The position numbers and the translations under genes were made by a program. Below are positions 1 through 13,338 of a DNA stretch of 64,000 bases, piece by piece (the stretch's first letter is position 1; every line of letters starts with the position of its first letter). The stretch spans positions 14,820,001 to 14,884,000 of the forward strand of contig NC_045696.1 of NCBI RefSeq assembly GCF_009834535.1. Direction: 5' to 3'. Under the pieces are notes generated by a model. That model had not been told where the DNA came from. It was given only the letters and a program-made list of their open reading frames with translations, and made no database searches. The stretch comes from Camelus ferus (taxonomy: Eukaryota).

Positions 1-130
1 CATTTATTTATATCAGTGTGAACTTTTGGATATGTATATCATACTTTAGATTATAAGCTAATCTACTTTATTTTCTGCCCAAATCATTCTAGCTTTAGGC
101 ATTGGAAGCTCTTGTAGTTGATTACCCAAT
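1..130 (-). mobile_element. L1MC-type LINE-1 3' UTR fragment
   Basis: 'tttatatcagtgtgaac...ctagctttaggcattggaagctctt' resembles the reverse complement of the L1MC3/4 3' UTR. The same family occurs on the + strand at 9480-10218. Confidence 0.6.
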
Positions 131-199
131 GTATTTATTTTTTCATTGTGTATATTTCCCTTTTCAGTACCTTGAAGTCTGATTCTCCTTTGAGATTCC

Positions 200-1170
200 T
201 TCTTTGTTAAACAATTATGACCATTCCTTTCCTTACGTCTTGACATACTTGTATAATAGTTGCTTTAAATTGCCTGTCATCTAATTCTAACATCTGCATC
301 ATTTCATGACCCCTTTGTATTGACTGACTCATCTCTGGATTAAGTGTCACCTTCCCATTCTTTGCATATCCAGATTTTTTTATAGTGTAGAAGATATTTT
401 GTGGAGACTCTTGGTTCTGTTATTTACTTCTGAAAACTGTTAACTTTTGTTGCAGTTTGTCATTTAAATTACTTTCTGGTTAGTAAGAGACTAGTCACCC
501 TTCCTTTGAAGGCTTGGCTTTATATTTTGTTAAAGTCTATCTCTTTCAAGTTTACCCCATGTCTCTTAATTTTGGCACATAGTATTTTTTCTACCTTCTG
601 GAACTTTAATGAAAAGGCTGAGATCTTACCAAGATCTTCTAACTTAGCAGGACTCAAACGTGAGACTTTAACTCTCTTCAGTGGGCAACAAAAGAAAGTT
701 CTGTATTGCATTTTCACTTTCTAGCTTTGGTTATTGCTGATTAATTCAATTATTACTGGATTTCCTTGCACACATTCAGTCAAGGGTCAGTCAAGTCTTT
801 GAGAAGGGTTTATACGTAGATTTTCAGGCTTCCCTGTCCTGCGACTAACCTCCTTTCTGGGATTTATTCTCTCAATTTGAAGTTACTCTAGCCCCAAATC
901 TGTCTCCTGATACCTCAATTGAAAATAACAGTGGCTGGTGCTGTTTGGACCTTGGGATGCCCTCAGGGGAAAGGATGTATAAATGAGAATTTCAACTTTG
1001 CACTCCCTTTTTTCACAGACCAAGCCCCATCCATTCTTTACCCACTCTTGTTTAGTCTCCAGGGCCTTCATATATCACTTTATGTTACATTTATGAAAAA
1101 GTTTTAAATTACCTGCCTACAGAGTAGTGACACAAGTTACTCTGCAATTTTTGTAATCAGAACTATAACT
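200..1170 (-). mobile_element. Ancient L1 (L1ME/L1M4-type) 5' region fragment
   Basis: 'ataatagttgctttaaattgcctgtcatctaattctaacatctg...tattgactgac' is typical of antisense old-L1 5' UTR/ORF1. Heavily diverged. Confidence 0.55.
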
Positions 1171-1524
1171 TGATTGCTTTTGCAATGATACTCAGAAATA
1201 TCTTCTAGAAAATCTAGGATATCTGGTGAAAGTATGGACAATTAACTTTTGTCATAGGGGCATTCAGTAACAAATGCAAAGCATTTTTGCAGGAGAATAA
1301 AGTGGTGTGGATGAAAACTTCTGATGTATGTTTTGTGAGCGGGCATGAGAGAGCTTGCTAGCACAGATTTAGTAGCTTTGGTGCTAGTTTTCCATCTTCT
1401 TCAAAATGCAAAATGTTTCCCTGTTTTTATTAAAAGCTACTGACTTTGCTACCTTTAGCTGATGTAAGGACTTCAGTATGTAAAGTGCTTTTGGTTCAGA
1501 AAGGAAGAAATTGGTATGCTGCAG

Positions 1525-1680
1525 GGAACCTGGCTTTGGATCAGATACATAGAGTTTGAATCAGAAATCTGCTCCTTGCTAGTTCTACAGGCTCAAAAAG
1601 CTTTTAAAGTCTCTTTGAACCATACATCCATCATCTTTAAACAGGAAAAGTAATATTTATGGCATAGTTTTGAAGAGAGG
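1525..1680 (+). mobile_element. MIR SINE fragment
   Basis: 'ctggctttggatcagatac...gtttgaatc...catcatctttaaacagg' matches the MIR head and core. Confidence 0.6.
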
Positions 1681-2764
1681 AGTCAGTCCTAGAATATAAC
1701 TGGTCCCCTATAATTGCAAATATTCCTATTGCCAAAAATAGTTAATAATGTCTTCTTCTGAGCCTACCTGAAGGCATGCAAAGAATTAAAACTTTAAAAA
1801 AATCTATATGATTAATTCCAAAGAGGTTTGACAAGCAATGCCTTGCCTGTGTTGCTAGTCTTGCTGATGAATGCTTCAGAAAACTGGGTGGGCTTAATCT
1901 CATAACTGGGTCCCAGCCAGCTGCTGAGGAAGCAGGAAAAAAGTCCAACTCCCAGATTTGGAGGTTGTCAAGTGGAGGTTCAATGTCTACTACTTGGTGG
2001 GGAGGAAAGTGATTTGGAGAAAGAAAAGCCTGGGTGAATAATGAATATTGAAAATTATTCAAAACATAATAAACTGCTAGCATGGCGACACATTTTTTGT
2101 TGGAAATTCTAATTTAGGAGTCTCTTACACAACAGGATCTTTAACCAAGGAAGATAATTAGTGAAAATACTTTCAAAATAAGATTTCACATGGCTCTTTT
2201 GCATACCAAAATTAGCTAGAATATATCCTAAAATAAGCCAATTACCTCTCTTCGGTAAAAATGTACAATCTAATAAATAATCAAAAAAAAATTTCTGGAT
2301 ATAAATTCATCTAAGGTGTGATACAGCTGTGGAAGACAAAATAAAGCTGAACCAAAAGAAAACTCAAGGGTAAAACAGTAATTCCAAATTTCATTGAATT
2401 ATTCAGTGCATTTATTAGAAATAATGCATTAATATATTAATACTCCATAGAATTTTTATATGTTACATATTCACTGGTTCAAATAGAGTTGAGCAATGAG
2501 CCTTATGCATTTTGTGTTGTTTTTTGTTGGGGATATTTTAACTATAGCAGCCACTTAAACATACATACCAAAGATAAGGATTCTATGTTGGTTTAACAAG
2601 AATTTATTCTTGGTTTGCGATACATAAAAGTTAGGAAATGCCTGCTACTCTCAATTAAAAACATGTTTTCAATCATTGGTTGAATATGTTTAATTGAAAG
2701 GAAGGGAAAAACAATAAAATCAATAGCCCAATAAATTATAAGTAGATGAGTATGAGTCACATCC

Positions 2765-2870
2765 TTATCTAGCTCTCTGTAGGGTATTCAGTCCTGGCCA
2801 GAGTGCTGGAAATATAGAAGAATGTCAAGGAATATTTGCCAAATGAAAACAAAAATGAACAAATAAATAT
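2765..2870 (+). mobile_element. L2 3' end fragment
   Basis: 'cctggccagagtgctgg...aatatttgccaaatgaa' resembles the L2 3' terminus. Confidence 0.45.
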
Positions 2871-4000
2871 GTATGGTTTCTGTGTGGCAGAATCATAAGT
2901 GCTGTATTGATGAAAAATTAATTCCTCCCTCTGTCCCCGTATTGTGTTTCTGCTCTCTCACTATATCAGCATCAAAGAAACTATGGTGATTGCCCTAAAA
3001 GCAAAGCTACAAACTGTTAAATCCTAAACTGAAAACACACCAATCTGAGGATGAGTTATCCAGATCAGCATGCTGTTATGAACAGACACAACTGTGTCAT
3101 CTCTCTTTCCTGGGGGAGATGGAATAGCATGGGGTACATGAGAGAACTGGGAGTGAGAGGGATGAAGAACCACATTTCACTCTCCATCCCTGGAATAAAT
3201 CCCACAGGAGCAGAGCGAGGAAAATGCAGGAACATGTTGTTTGTCCGAAGGACACTGGATGATAAGTGGACCTCTTTCATCATGACTCACACCCATTTGG
3301 GGAGTGTTCAGATCTAAAGCCTAATAGGTGTGTCTTACACTGGCAATTGTATGATTTGTGTACAATTCTTCCCTCCCTTCCCACCTGGCTCACTTGGAGT
3401 AGAGAATATTCTTAACTTAATTTATGTTGGTGAGTTGAGGGAGGAGAGAGATCCAAGGAGGATGCCAAGTTAGCGGAGGTAAGAGTGAGAGGCTCTCAGA
3501 GATAAGTTGAAAAGACTTACATCCAAAGAAGTGGGAGAGGAGCCATAATGAAGTCAGAGGAGACATCTGTTAGAGTGGAATTCTAATTCTAATGTGGGTT
3601 GAAAGTTCTGTACTGTCTGAGGGAGAAAAATATGGGACAAATAAACATAGGCTTTTTCTACCTCTCACTCCTCTTTCCCAAGGAGAAATGGTACCCAAAC
3701 AATGTCTGCTAGTGAGATTGGAAACGAGAAATCGTCTGAGTATGAATCCTCCCATTCCGGGGTCCTTCCGTTTTAGCAATGCTTGTCTAGTATCTTCTTC
3801 CTCATTACAGAATGATGACAATTGCTGGCTCAAGTTTTGAGGCAGGTTTGCCTAGAGAGCCATGATTTCTCCAGTAAGTCTAATTTGGAAGAAAAGATGA
3901 TATTTTGACCTACTATCTATTTGACTCTTGTTTCTACTTCCAGCTGGATTTGAATTTGAGAGTGGGGTGGACATAGAACAGGCTGATTACATGTCCCACT

Positions 4001-4345
4001 TGTATTGCAGTATTTGTCTAATTTTTCACCACCCATTTTTGCCATACGTCCCTTGGGGTAGAATATACTTCACTGTCCCATTTAAGCTGGTCTTGACCAT
4101 ATGATTGCTTCAGTGAGTGAAGTATGAAAGAAGAGGTAGTGGGCTGTTGGGTGTTTCTTATTCTCCTCCTGGTTTTCTGCCATCCACCATGAGGAGAGCA
4201 GATCCCAGTTACCTACTGAAGACACGAACTCATCATACTTTCTGTGCTGGGCTGCCCCAGCTGACCCTGAACATTTATGAGGAAAGAAATGTTTTGTTAT
4301 TTTAAGTCAAGGAGAATATAAGATTGTTTATGGTGCAATTAAAAC
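4001..4345 (+). mobile_element. MaLR solo LTR (MLT1I/J-like)
   Basis: Starts with TG. Contains 'cttgaccatatgattgcttc', 'ctgccatccaccatgagga' and a 3' part 'aaatgttttgttattttaagtca...gattgttta', all MLT1 hallmarks. Confidence 0.65.
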
Positions 4346-5267
4346 TCCTACCAAAAGCCCAGAACCTCAGAGGCAATACCAAGGAACTGCCAGGGAATCA
4401 AATATGTACTGACAAGCTGGTATAGTTGCTATTCCTGCCAAAAAGCAAATAAGAAGAAGAAGTGGACCTCTCTTTTCGCATCACCAATGGGTGAACAGTC
4501 ACTTCGAAAAACCAGAGTTAGGGTTAGTTTTTCTAGGGCTGGAAATTTATGAACCTCAAAGGCTAAGACAGGACTGGGAAGAGGAGAAAGACAGACATGG
4601 ACTTGTGAGCCAAACTGCCACTGAAAATTATGATTTGATCTAGGAATTCTCAGAAATAAAAAATGGAAGAGCATAATAAGCTAGTTTATAGAGTTCACAT
4701 TAGGCAAGTGGAGGCCTTAAGTCAGAAATTAACTTCGAATCTAGAAATAAAGAAAATATATTACTTAGACACACCCAAATAGTAAACTGTGAATCACATG
4801 CTCAGCACATTTTTAAGGAAATTGTAATACCCTGAGTCCTACAGTCTTTAGATGTCCTAAAGAAAGAATTTCCTAATGTCAGATTCAACAAAGAAAATCT
4901 AAGGCCACTGACCGTGGCCATGATTTGTTGGTTTTCATATTGCTTCTATGACCTGTTTGCTTCTGCTGGTGTGCTTTTTCTTCCTGGTATATAGATTCAT
5001 TGTCATCCCCCAGCAAAACTTGGGCATACTCAACTCTTCTGAGGATCTCAGATGTTATCAGCAAATGTCTGAGAAAGTTGTTCCCACTGATCCGGTCAGC
5101 GACCATTTTTCTTTTAGATAAATCTATAGCTTTAGGGATCACACTGACATAGGGATTTTTTACTTTATTTTCTGAGATATATTCCCTTTCTGTGCATTAT
5201 ACAGTCAAGGAAACCTAAACTCACCTAATGGTAAGAAAATTAGAATTTCTTAAATGTTGACATTGAC

Positions 5268-5614
5268 TGCTATGGTCTGAGCGTTCGTGTACCCTCCACT
5301 AAGATTTGCATGTTGAAATCCTAATGCCCAATGGGATGGAATTAGGAGATGGGGCCTTTGGGAAGTTCTGCCCTTATGAATGGACTGAAGTCTTATAAGA
5401 GAGGCTTCAGATCCCTAGTCTCTTCCGTTATGTGAGGACACAGCAAGAAGGCACTGGCTATGAACCAGGGCAAGAGCCCTGCCCAGGATGCAACCATGCT
5501 TGCATATTCATCTTGGACTCCGCATCTTCCAGGACTGTGGGAAATAAATTTCTGTTGTTCATAAGCTACCCAGTCCATGGTAGTTTGTTATAGCAGCCCC
5601 AACTGACTAAGACA
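5268..5614 (+). mobile_element. MaLR solo LTR, MLT1A0-like, complete
   Basis: Starts 'tgctatggtctga' and ends 'gactaagaca', with an internal AATAAA. Perfect 5-bp TSD TTGAC at 5263-5267 and 5615-5619. Confidence 0.9.
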
Positions 5615-8600
5615 TTGACACAGTCCTGTTCCTTGGAGCACATGTCTCACTGAGATTGGGAGTCACTCACATCCATCTTATTTTCAGTTTGATGACTGAC
5701 ATTTTACTTCACCTCATTTATGCTCTGTTAGAGAAATAAAAGCTCTTCCTTCACAGATGAATCACATTTAAGCCTCTGGGCATCCGAAAACAATATAAAT
5801 AATAGTCAATTTACTCCCACGAAGCATCGGAGCTCATTAAGAAAATTAAGAACACACACATGAAACAATCTCAACAGTTACCATGTGCTATGTTGGCAAA
5901 ATTTAGCCTATTTATCACACTATCATCAGTATAATCTGAAATATTAAACAGATCAAGCATTTTTGAGTTTCATGGGCTAAGTAGAAAAGAAAATGCCAAG
6001 CACTTATTAGAGCATAAGTGAAAATTTTGTTCTTTCCAGGTAAACCTTGAAGTAACACCATCATGGGCTGAAATGCTCCACTGTTGTAACACTCATTTTA
6101 CATGTCAGTGTCTGAACAATGTCACCGCCAAGTACAACCCTCTAGGAATAAACCAGGTGTTGGCTCTGGCAACTTCAGATGAGAGGGCTGTCAACACTGC
6201 TGGCTGAGCAGATGAGGACACATAGCACTCATACTCTGCCCCCAGCCTGTGACATTTGACTTATGAAATCAATGTCCACATTTCAAAAACAACATCACTC
6301 AATTTTACCTCTTACTCTGAAGAGGAAGCCATTTACGGGCACTCTTTCCTTGGTCATTTAAGGATTTAGAAAAAGAGGAAGAAAATTTGGAGATTAGGAG
6401 ATTATAATTTTCTTGTTCTTAATGAAAATGTAAGAAGAGGCAAAATGGGATTCTGAAGATTAGTCATCAAGTGTAGAAGCGTATGTGACTGTTGCATATT
6501 AAGAAGTCTTCAAAAGAAAACAAAATTTTGTTATAAATCATTCACTGCTCTACTTTTCATTAAATTGCCTCAAAATATTTTGCCAAATATGGGGCACTGT
6601 TAGTAGTCTTCATGTCACATTTCTGTTAAAAATATTCTGAGCAGTTGAAAATACATGTAATTTGTATCTTCAGATGTATAGTATGGTATCTAAAAATAGC
6701 ACCAACAATGCCAATTATGCAAGTAGAGTTAACAGAAAATTTATCTGCTTGTTCAAGAGGTGGCTCAGATCCTGTATGATTTAATCTTGACCCTGGAGTG
6801 TTTGGAATATATAGATACATAGAAATGTAGCAAAGTAAAGCTAAAATGAATATGAATTCTTCCATGTCTTATGATACTTTACACGAGTATGTCTCTTTTT
6901 TTTTCTTTCTCTCTTTTTTTTACTTTCCTATGGTATTTTATGTAATTTCAGGAAACATTTCAAAAATAAAGCAATCAATGAAAAGGTCAGGACCACAAAA
7001 ATAGTTGCTTCCTCTTACACTTCTCATTTACAGCTCTTTAGAAAGAGCAAGTTGAGTAGGTTCCCATGTGTGGCGGATGCTGTAGACATGTAAGTGTGTG
7101 CTCGAGAGACTGTGAGAGGATGGAAAGGTGGCATTGACCTTGAGGTTTCTTTTATCTTCTCCTTTGGGTAAACTTTCATAGTGACAGTTGTCACAGGGAA
7201 AATGTCACTTAAAACTATTGCTTCACTCAAGGGATGCGGAGCAAAATCTAGAAGGAAGAGGAAGGAAAGGGGATACCATCTGTAGAGGAGTGTTTGCTCT
7301 CTCCAGCACATATCCCAGTGCTTTAAATTATTGGTTTCACCCTACTAGAGCTATGAAGGTGTTTTAACAACAACAGAAGGCAAGGATGTCTTTTATCACA
7401 TTGTTACCTTTGGAGCAAACTTTTCCCAGCCAGCTAGATTATATAAACTCAAAGTAGTGTGTGTTCTAGTATTTTTAACTGGTGAGGATGACTTTTGGAT
7501 GGACCTTACATAGACTTTCCAAGAGTTAGTAAATTACTATTCCTATTACATAAGTCCTTGGAAACCAGAACATACATCAAATTATTGATGGAAAACTCTA
7601 CTACCATCTATTGTAAACCCGTAAATCAACAGGGCTGTCATTCAGGACATAGACACTGAGCAACAAATCCATTCCAAGGAACACAGGGTAGAAAAGTATT
7701 ACTTTAATAAACAATTGATTAATTAAAAATATATTCACTGTCCTAGTATAAGCTTATAGAAAAAAATATATATATAATGTAAGAAGTGAAAATAAAATGT
7801 AAAATAAGTGTCTGTGAAGTTGGTTGACCCCTCAAGGTGGCCAGATATAGGAACAGGCATGGATGCTGAGGAGTGTGGCTACCCATAAGTGGTCCAGGCT
7901 ACTTGAATGAGCCTCATGCCCTGTATAAAGGGAAGCCTGGGTGAAAACAGCTTTAAATAGTCTGGGATGTGTGTACCATTACCATCTCCTCTTATTATGT
8001 ATAATGAGTCAAATGCAGTAATCTCACATTTATAATGTCTATAAATGCTAAAATAAGAAATTCTATTTGTATCATCTATCAGATTGAGTCTCTCAACACA
8101 GAAAAATCATCCAAAATCAGCTTTCTTGTATTACACCGTTTGGGGGAAAAAAAAATCCAAAACATTTATTTACAGGAGAAAATAGAAAATGGGGAGGAGG
8201 GAAAAAGGAAGAGCAGGATTTATTTGACCATAAACTTTTCTGCCATATGTCTGAGGGTAGAGTGCTGAGTTCTACATTCAGAAAAGCATAGTTTGAACAT
8301 TTCATTAATTTGGCTTTTTAAATTAAATATAACATGGTGTTTCTAGTCTAGTTTTTTAAATAATTTTAACAGAACATTTATAAACATATGTAATATATTT
8401 CAAAAAATTTTATTAATTAGCCAATTTTGTAGGAACATAATTTTAATTCTTTTTAGTTTCTTGTCCTTTGTACTAAGTTTATTGTTGATGAATAATCTAA
8501 ATTAAGACAGATATTTTTATAGAGAAGATAATATAAAATTATTTCAGTAACTCAGAAAGCTCATTATATTGCTCTTGTTATTTTCTTATTTTTTTAAATG

Positions 8601-8879
8601 TAGGAATGCTATTGAGACATATTAAGATCTTATATGAAGTACTGTATTCATTGTCAATGTTCTCAATTTAAGCTACACATAATCTCTGCCAGTTCTTTAC
8701 TTTTGCTGCACAAATTCACATATTTTTGTTTCTACATTTCAGATCAGAGGTGCCAAATGCTTGCGTTGTGTAAATCTGTGAAAATAGCCCCTCTTAAATG
8801 GTGTAAAACAAAGATAAGGGATTATGTAACATTTTTGAGTATATGAGATATAAGAGATCATCTCTAGGTCTTTTTTTTT

Positions 8880-9020
8880 AAAGGGTGAACAAAACCTCAC
8901 ACCCACATGTTTTACTGGCATGCTAAAAGTCACACAGCTGGTATACAAGTAATAGAGCCCAGGGTAGGAACCAGGTCTGATAACTATTCATGATCTCTTC
9001 TCACTATATCATCATCCTCA
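8880..9020 (-). mobile_element. MIR SINE fragment
   Basis: 'aagtcacacagctgg...agagcccagggtaggaaccaggtctga' matches antisense MIR. Confidence 0.6.
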
Positions 9021-9194
9021 GTCTTCAGATTCATCCCTTTGAGAAAACACATCTTAATTCGAAAATATTACATTAGTCAATATACATCGTTAAAGTGGTT
9101 TATACTATAATGTTGTCTTATGTTTAGAGGAATAATTTGTTTTATATTGGTAAGTTAACCACACACACACACTCAGATGCAACCTGCATCAGGA

Positions 9195-9272
9195 TATAAC
9201 ACAATGTAGAAGAAAGAGCTCCCAATTTGGAGTCAGACAGGCCTGGATTCAAATTCTGCTGTATCATTCTAC
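9195..9272 (+). mobile_element. MIR SINE 5' fragment
   Basis: 'tttggagtcagacagggcctggattcaaattctgct' matches the MIR head. Confidence 0.7.
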
Positions 9273-9282
9273 AATGTTGTAT

Positions 9283-9392
9283 ACTTCCTTCTTTATTTCT
9301 TTCTCTCCTCCTTCCCTTACTTCCTCTTTACCCCTCTCTATTTCTCCCTCTTTTCCTTCCTCATTCCTTTCTTTTCTTCTTTCCTTCCTTTC
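9283..9392. repeat. CT-rich polypyrimidine low-complexity tract
   Basis: About 110 bp made almost entirely of C and T (degenerate CCTT/TTTC units). Confidence 0.85.
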
Positions 9393-9479
9393 TGAATAAT
9401 TTATCCAAAAATCTGTTAGGTCCCCCAAATTGAGAGAGAGGATCTGGCTTGGCAGGGGTTGGGTCCCAAGAGAGGAAAG

Positions 9480-10218
9480 AGGGTGGATTAGGATCCAGCA
9501 GAGTCAAGATATTAGGTGCACACAGGAAGACTGAGCAATAAGTAAGTATGTCGAGGATAATGGGAGCCAGGTTTCTTACAATTGAAAAAGTAAGGTTAAA
9601 AATAAGAAAAGGGGAACACTAAAATGAGTGTCACGGTGCTGGAGAAGGATTGTGAAAACTGGCAGACATTCACAGTTTTCAATATAGAGAAATGAGACAG
9701 ACAGACACAGACATAGGGATGTAATAGAGTATGTGCGTGCATGTGCACATAACTGGGTGTGTATATATGGATTTCCTGGTTCTGTTCACTAAAAGGGCCC
9801 CAGGGCAGTGATGCCTTAGTTGCAATATATACACCCGAACCCATGATCCTGGTTTCTATGCACTAAGCCTCATTGAAAACAACCAGAACTTCTTGGAAAA
9901 AATTATTGGTCCTAGGATTAGGTCAGAAAAAGTTCAAGAAGGAACATCTTGTTTGATATGAAAATAATGAAGTACTTAACGAATGTAGAAACATGTCAGA
10001 AAGACACAGAATCCAGATTTAAGGCCAAATCTAGGGAAACATATGATATCTTATTATGGATCTTTTTGAATAAAATATAAATCTCGAAGTACATAGTGCA
10101 ATAAATAAATAAGTGGATAAATGGGGTGAGAGAGGGTTCTTAAAGTAGAATGAACAATTAACTGCATACATGGAAGGAAAGATGGAATCAGAGCATCACC
10201 ATCTGGCAAAAATCACAG
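9480..10218 (+). mobile_element. L1MC3/L1MC4-type LINE-1 3' UTR
   Basis: 'gaggataatgggagccaggtttct', 'ttcctggttctgttcactaaaagggcc' and 'ggccaaatctaggga' are diagnostic of L1MC 3' ends. Confidence 0.8.
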
Positions 10219-10565
10219 CTTATTTTAGTTAGCATGACATCTTCAGTGTTCATCTGTGTGGTAACATGTGTTATAATTTTATTTCATTTTCAGGGTAAGT
10301 AATATTCCACTGCATGCAGATTCTACATTTCATTTATTTACTCATCTGTCAATGGGTTTGGGGGTTGTGATTGCCTTTTGGCTATTGTGAATAATGCTGC
10401 TGTGAACATTGGTGTAAAAATACCTGCTAGGCCCTGCTTTCAATTCTTTTGGGCATCTACCTAGAAATAGAATTGCTGGGTCATATGGTAATTCTAGGTT
10501 TAATTCATTGAGGGTCCATCACACTGGTTTCCACAGTGGCCGCAGCATTTTAAATTACCAGCACT
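10219..10565 (-). mobile_element. L1MB-type LINE-1 fragment (ORF2 end/3' UTR)
   Basis: 'ttttggctattgtgaataatgctgctgtgaacattggtgt...gaattgctgggtcatatggtaattcta' matches antisense L1MB. Confidence 0.85.
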
Positions 10566-10914
10566 TCTTTTTGGTTTTGTTTTTCTTTCTTTTTGTCTGA
10601 AAGAGCCATACTTACTTGTTTAATCTGTTGAACTCCCTTGAGTAAAAACATTTCTACAGTAAAAGAGAAATTGAATAGTCCATCTCCTCTGTGATTTCTA
10701 CCTTCTTTTGTTAACAATTTAGCAGCTTACAGAGCTCAGGCTACAAGCCAAGCACTTCTGTCAACTGTGAAAAAACAAACAGTCCATTGGCCTGAAGCTC
10801 ATGAAAATCTGAATCATCACTCATGACTCTTCTACCAGGACCTCAGTATCAGAGTCCTTCCTGCTTGATGACACTAAATATGCCAAAATCCACTTCTGAT
10901 GAACAAATATGCAT

Positions 10915-11075
10915 TTTGATTCAGTCAGTATATGTTTATTGGGTATCAGGTACTTTGGTATTAGGGCAAAATGATAGGTTTAAAAAGTCTTTACCCATCA
11001 CAGCATTTTTAGACTAATGAAGACACTAATCTAACAGTGACATAAACAAATATGAAATTATAGAGATAAGAGTTA
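10915..11075 (-). mobile_element. L2 3' end fragment
   Basis: 'attcagtcagtatatgtttattgggtatc' resembles the antisense L2 tail. Probably the same element as 11555-12760. Confidence 0.5.
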
Positions 11076-11554
11076 TAATTTACCATTTTTGGTTTATGAT
11101 GTTTAGAAACAACACACGCTGCTAATATATGTCCATTCCTTGCCTTATTAGTTGCAATGTGCAAGGAAACAAAATATAAAATACATGTTTGGTGAACTTT
11201 CGTTCATATTTACACGATGGCAGCTTAAGACTAGGTTTCAATACTGACATTTAACTATCTTACAAGCAATTACCATTACATCATAATATACCTTCAAGGC
11301 AATATTTTTATGATAAAAATCAAAATAAAAGCCATTATTTGTAAACTTTTATATGAAATGTAATATTTCAAATGGAAATGAAAAATGTGTCCATTAATTA
11401 ATCAATATAGATATGATATTAATGTTTTTATACTAAGGGGGAAAAAAACTGTTTTGTGTTCAGAAAATAATGCTTCAAAAAATCATTAGGAGGAAAATCC
11501 CCCAGTATTTTTGTCCTTTCGACGCCAGTACAGAACAAACAAAACTTTCCAAAA

Positions 11555-12388
11555 CAGTGACAGTAGAACTAAGATCTGAAAGACAAGTAGGAATTTACCC
11601 TGGAGAAGAGGGAATGAAAGATTAAAAAAAATAATAATAATTTCTAGAAAAAGGGAACAGAGAGCAAAGTCCTGATTGGAGGGAGCGTGATAAAAGAAAG
11701 CTAGTTTGAGTGGGGTGAGGAGTGAGTGTGTACTTCATGCAAAATAAATCCTTTGAGATCAGTAAGAGCCAAATTATGCAAAGCTTTGCAGGCTACATGG
11801 AAAGGTTCTGTTCCTTAATTACGAAACAATGAAAATCTACTAAAGGGTTTTAGGCAAAAGATGTCTCTTAATTGTCAAAGTGAAGAAGTCAGTCAGGCAA
11901 TTGGTGTAACATGTCAGGTGCACAGAGGAGGGGTCTGAGAGGTAGATGTGACCTTGGGAACACTGGCATTTCATTTGTAATGAAAGCCACATGTAGAAGT
12001 GAGATTTCCGGGGGACAGAATTTAGAATCAGAAGAAAAGAGAACTGGGGTTCAAACCTCACAGAACTCTAACCGTTAATGCTCCAGATTAGGAGGAGAAT
12101 GAGATAGAAAATGAGCAGCCAGTAAAACAAACAACACATGCACAAAACAAAAACAAAGACAAACCCAGTAAAGGTGAAGGTTGAGAGTACAAAAATGAGG
12201 TGTTTTTAAAGGGGCACAGCTAATGACCTAACAATGTTGCACATAGCTGGGATGTCAAGTGAGGTGACAACTGAGAACACTCCACTGGATATAGGAGCAC
12301 ACTGAAGTCAGTGGGGACTTCAACAAGAGTTGTGGGAAGAAACCATGGAAAAGGACCCACACTGATGTAGACCAAGAAGTAGGTGGAA

Positions 12389-12422
<34 letters not shown>

Positions 12423-12760
12423 AGACTGGCAATAGAGAATTTTTTTCAAGACATTTGGCTGTGGAGGTGTCAGAAAGGTAGGGTAGTACCTGGTAGTGTG
12501 TTTGGTGGAAGGAGAGATTATTTTATTTTTGTTCAAATATTAAAGGCTTGGATTTATTTAAATGCTGATGGAGAAGGATCTAGGTGAAAGGCGGAGGAAA
12601 CAACTGAGGAATCTAAGACTTAGTGAGAGGACAGGTGGATAGGTTCAATGCCCAGACGAAGGAAGTAGCCTTCCATCAGTGGGGTCTTTTTTTTTTTTTT
12701 TTTTTTAAACAAAAGGGAATAAAGAGAAGATGGTGCAGATGCAGGGAGGTTTACGGTTGA
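11555..12760 (-). mobile_element. L2 LINE fragment
   Basis: Purine-rich antisense L2 motifs such as 'gaactaagatctgaaagacaagtaggaattt', 'aagggttttaggca' and 'tcaagacatttggctgtgga'. Confidence 0.7.
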
Positions 12761-12769
12761 ATGTTCATT

Positions 12770-12905
12770 CCATTTCTGGTTCTGCTTCCATCTACGTGAC
12801 TTTGGAAATCACCCACATTTTCAGGATGTGCTTCCTTACGTGTAAATTAAAGGAATAGGTTTGGATAACTTAATACTTAAATTTCCTTCAGTCTTAAAAT
12901 GTATT
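12770..12905 (+). mobile_element. MIR3/MIR SINE fragment
   Basis: 'gtgactttggaaatcac...ttccttacgtgtaaatt...ttccttcagtcttaaaat' matches the MIR3 core and tail. Confidence 0.55.
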
Positions 12906-13241
12906 CAAGTATTTCTTATTTTCAGCTCTGTCCATGCCAGAAGTTTTACACCTTGCATACCATTGGTCTTTACGTGAGTAGCTGGTTTGGTCTGGTCTCA
13001 TTTTTGGCAAAGTATCTGGTTGAAAAGACCTTATGTGTGAACAGTAGTGAATTAATACAATTTTTTGTGTGTCCTCCCTGACTATACTTGCTGATATGAG
13101 CAGTACTTCGTCACAAATTGACAACTACAAGGGCTAAAACTTGATGAAGGGATGACAAACTAGTTTCAAGGAGCTTTCACCTTGGTTCTAATTCTGCTTC
13201 TCTGAGGTTGAAACTTCAGACCTTGTATTTCTCAAATACTT

Positions 13242-13335
13242 TTTAAAAAACAGCCTTTTTGAAGTATAAATGATACACAAAAACTGCCCATTTTTAATGT
13301 ATACAATTGGGAGTTTAGATATATGCACACACCTA
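13242..13335 (-). mobile_element. L1MA9/10-type LINE-1 3' terminus
   Basis: T-tract followed by 'aacagcctttttgaagtataaatgatacac...aatgtatacaatt', the antisense L1MA/MB terminus. Confidence 0.75.
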
Positions 13336-13338
13336 GGG

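Noticed and set aside
4518..4527. Telomeric repeat (ttagggttag)
   Set aside because: Fewer than two units, so expected by chance.
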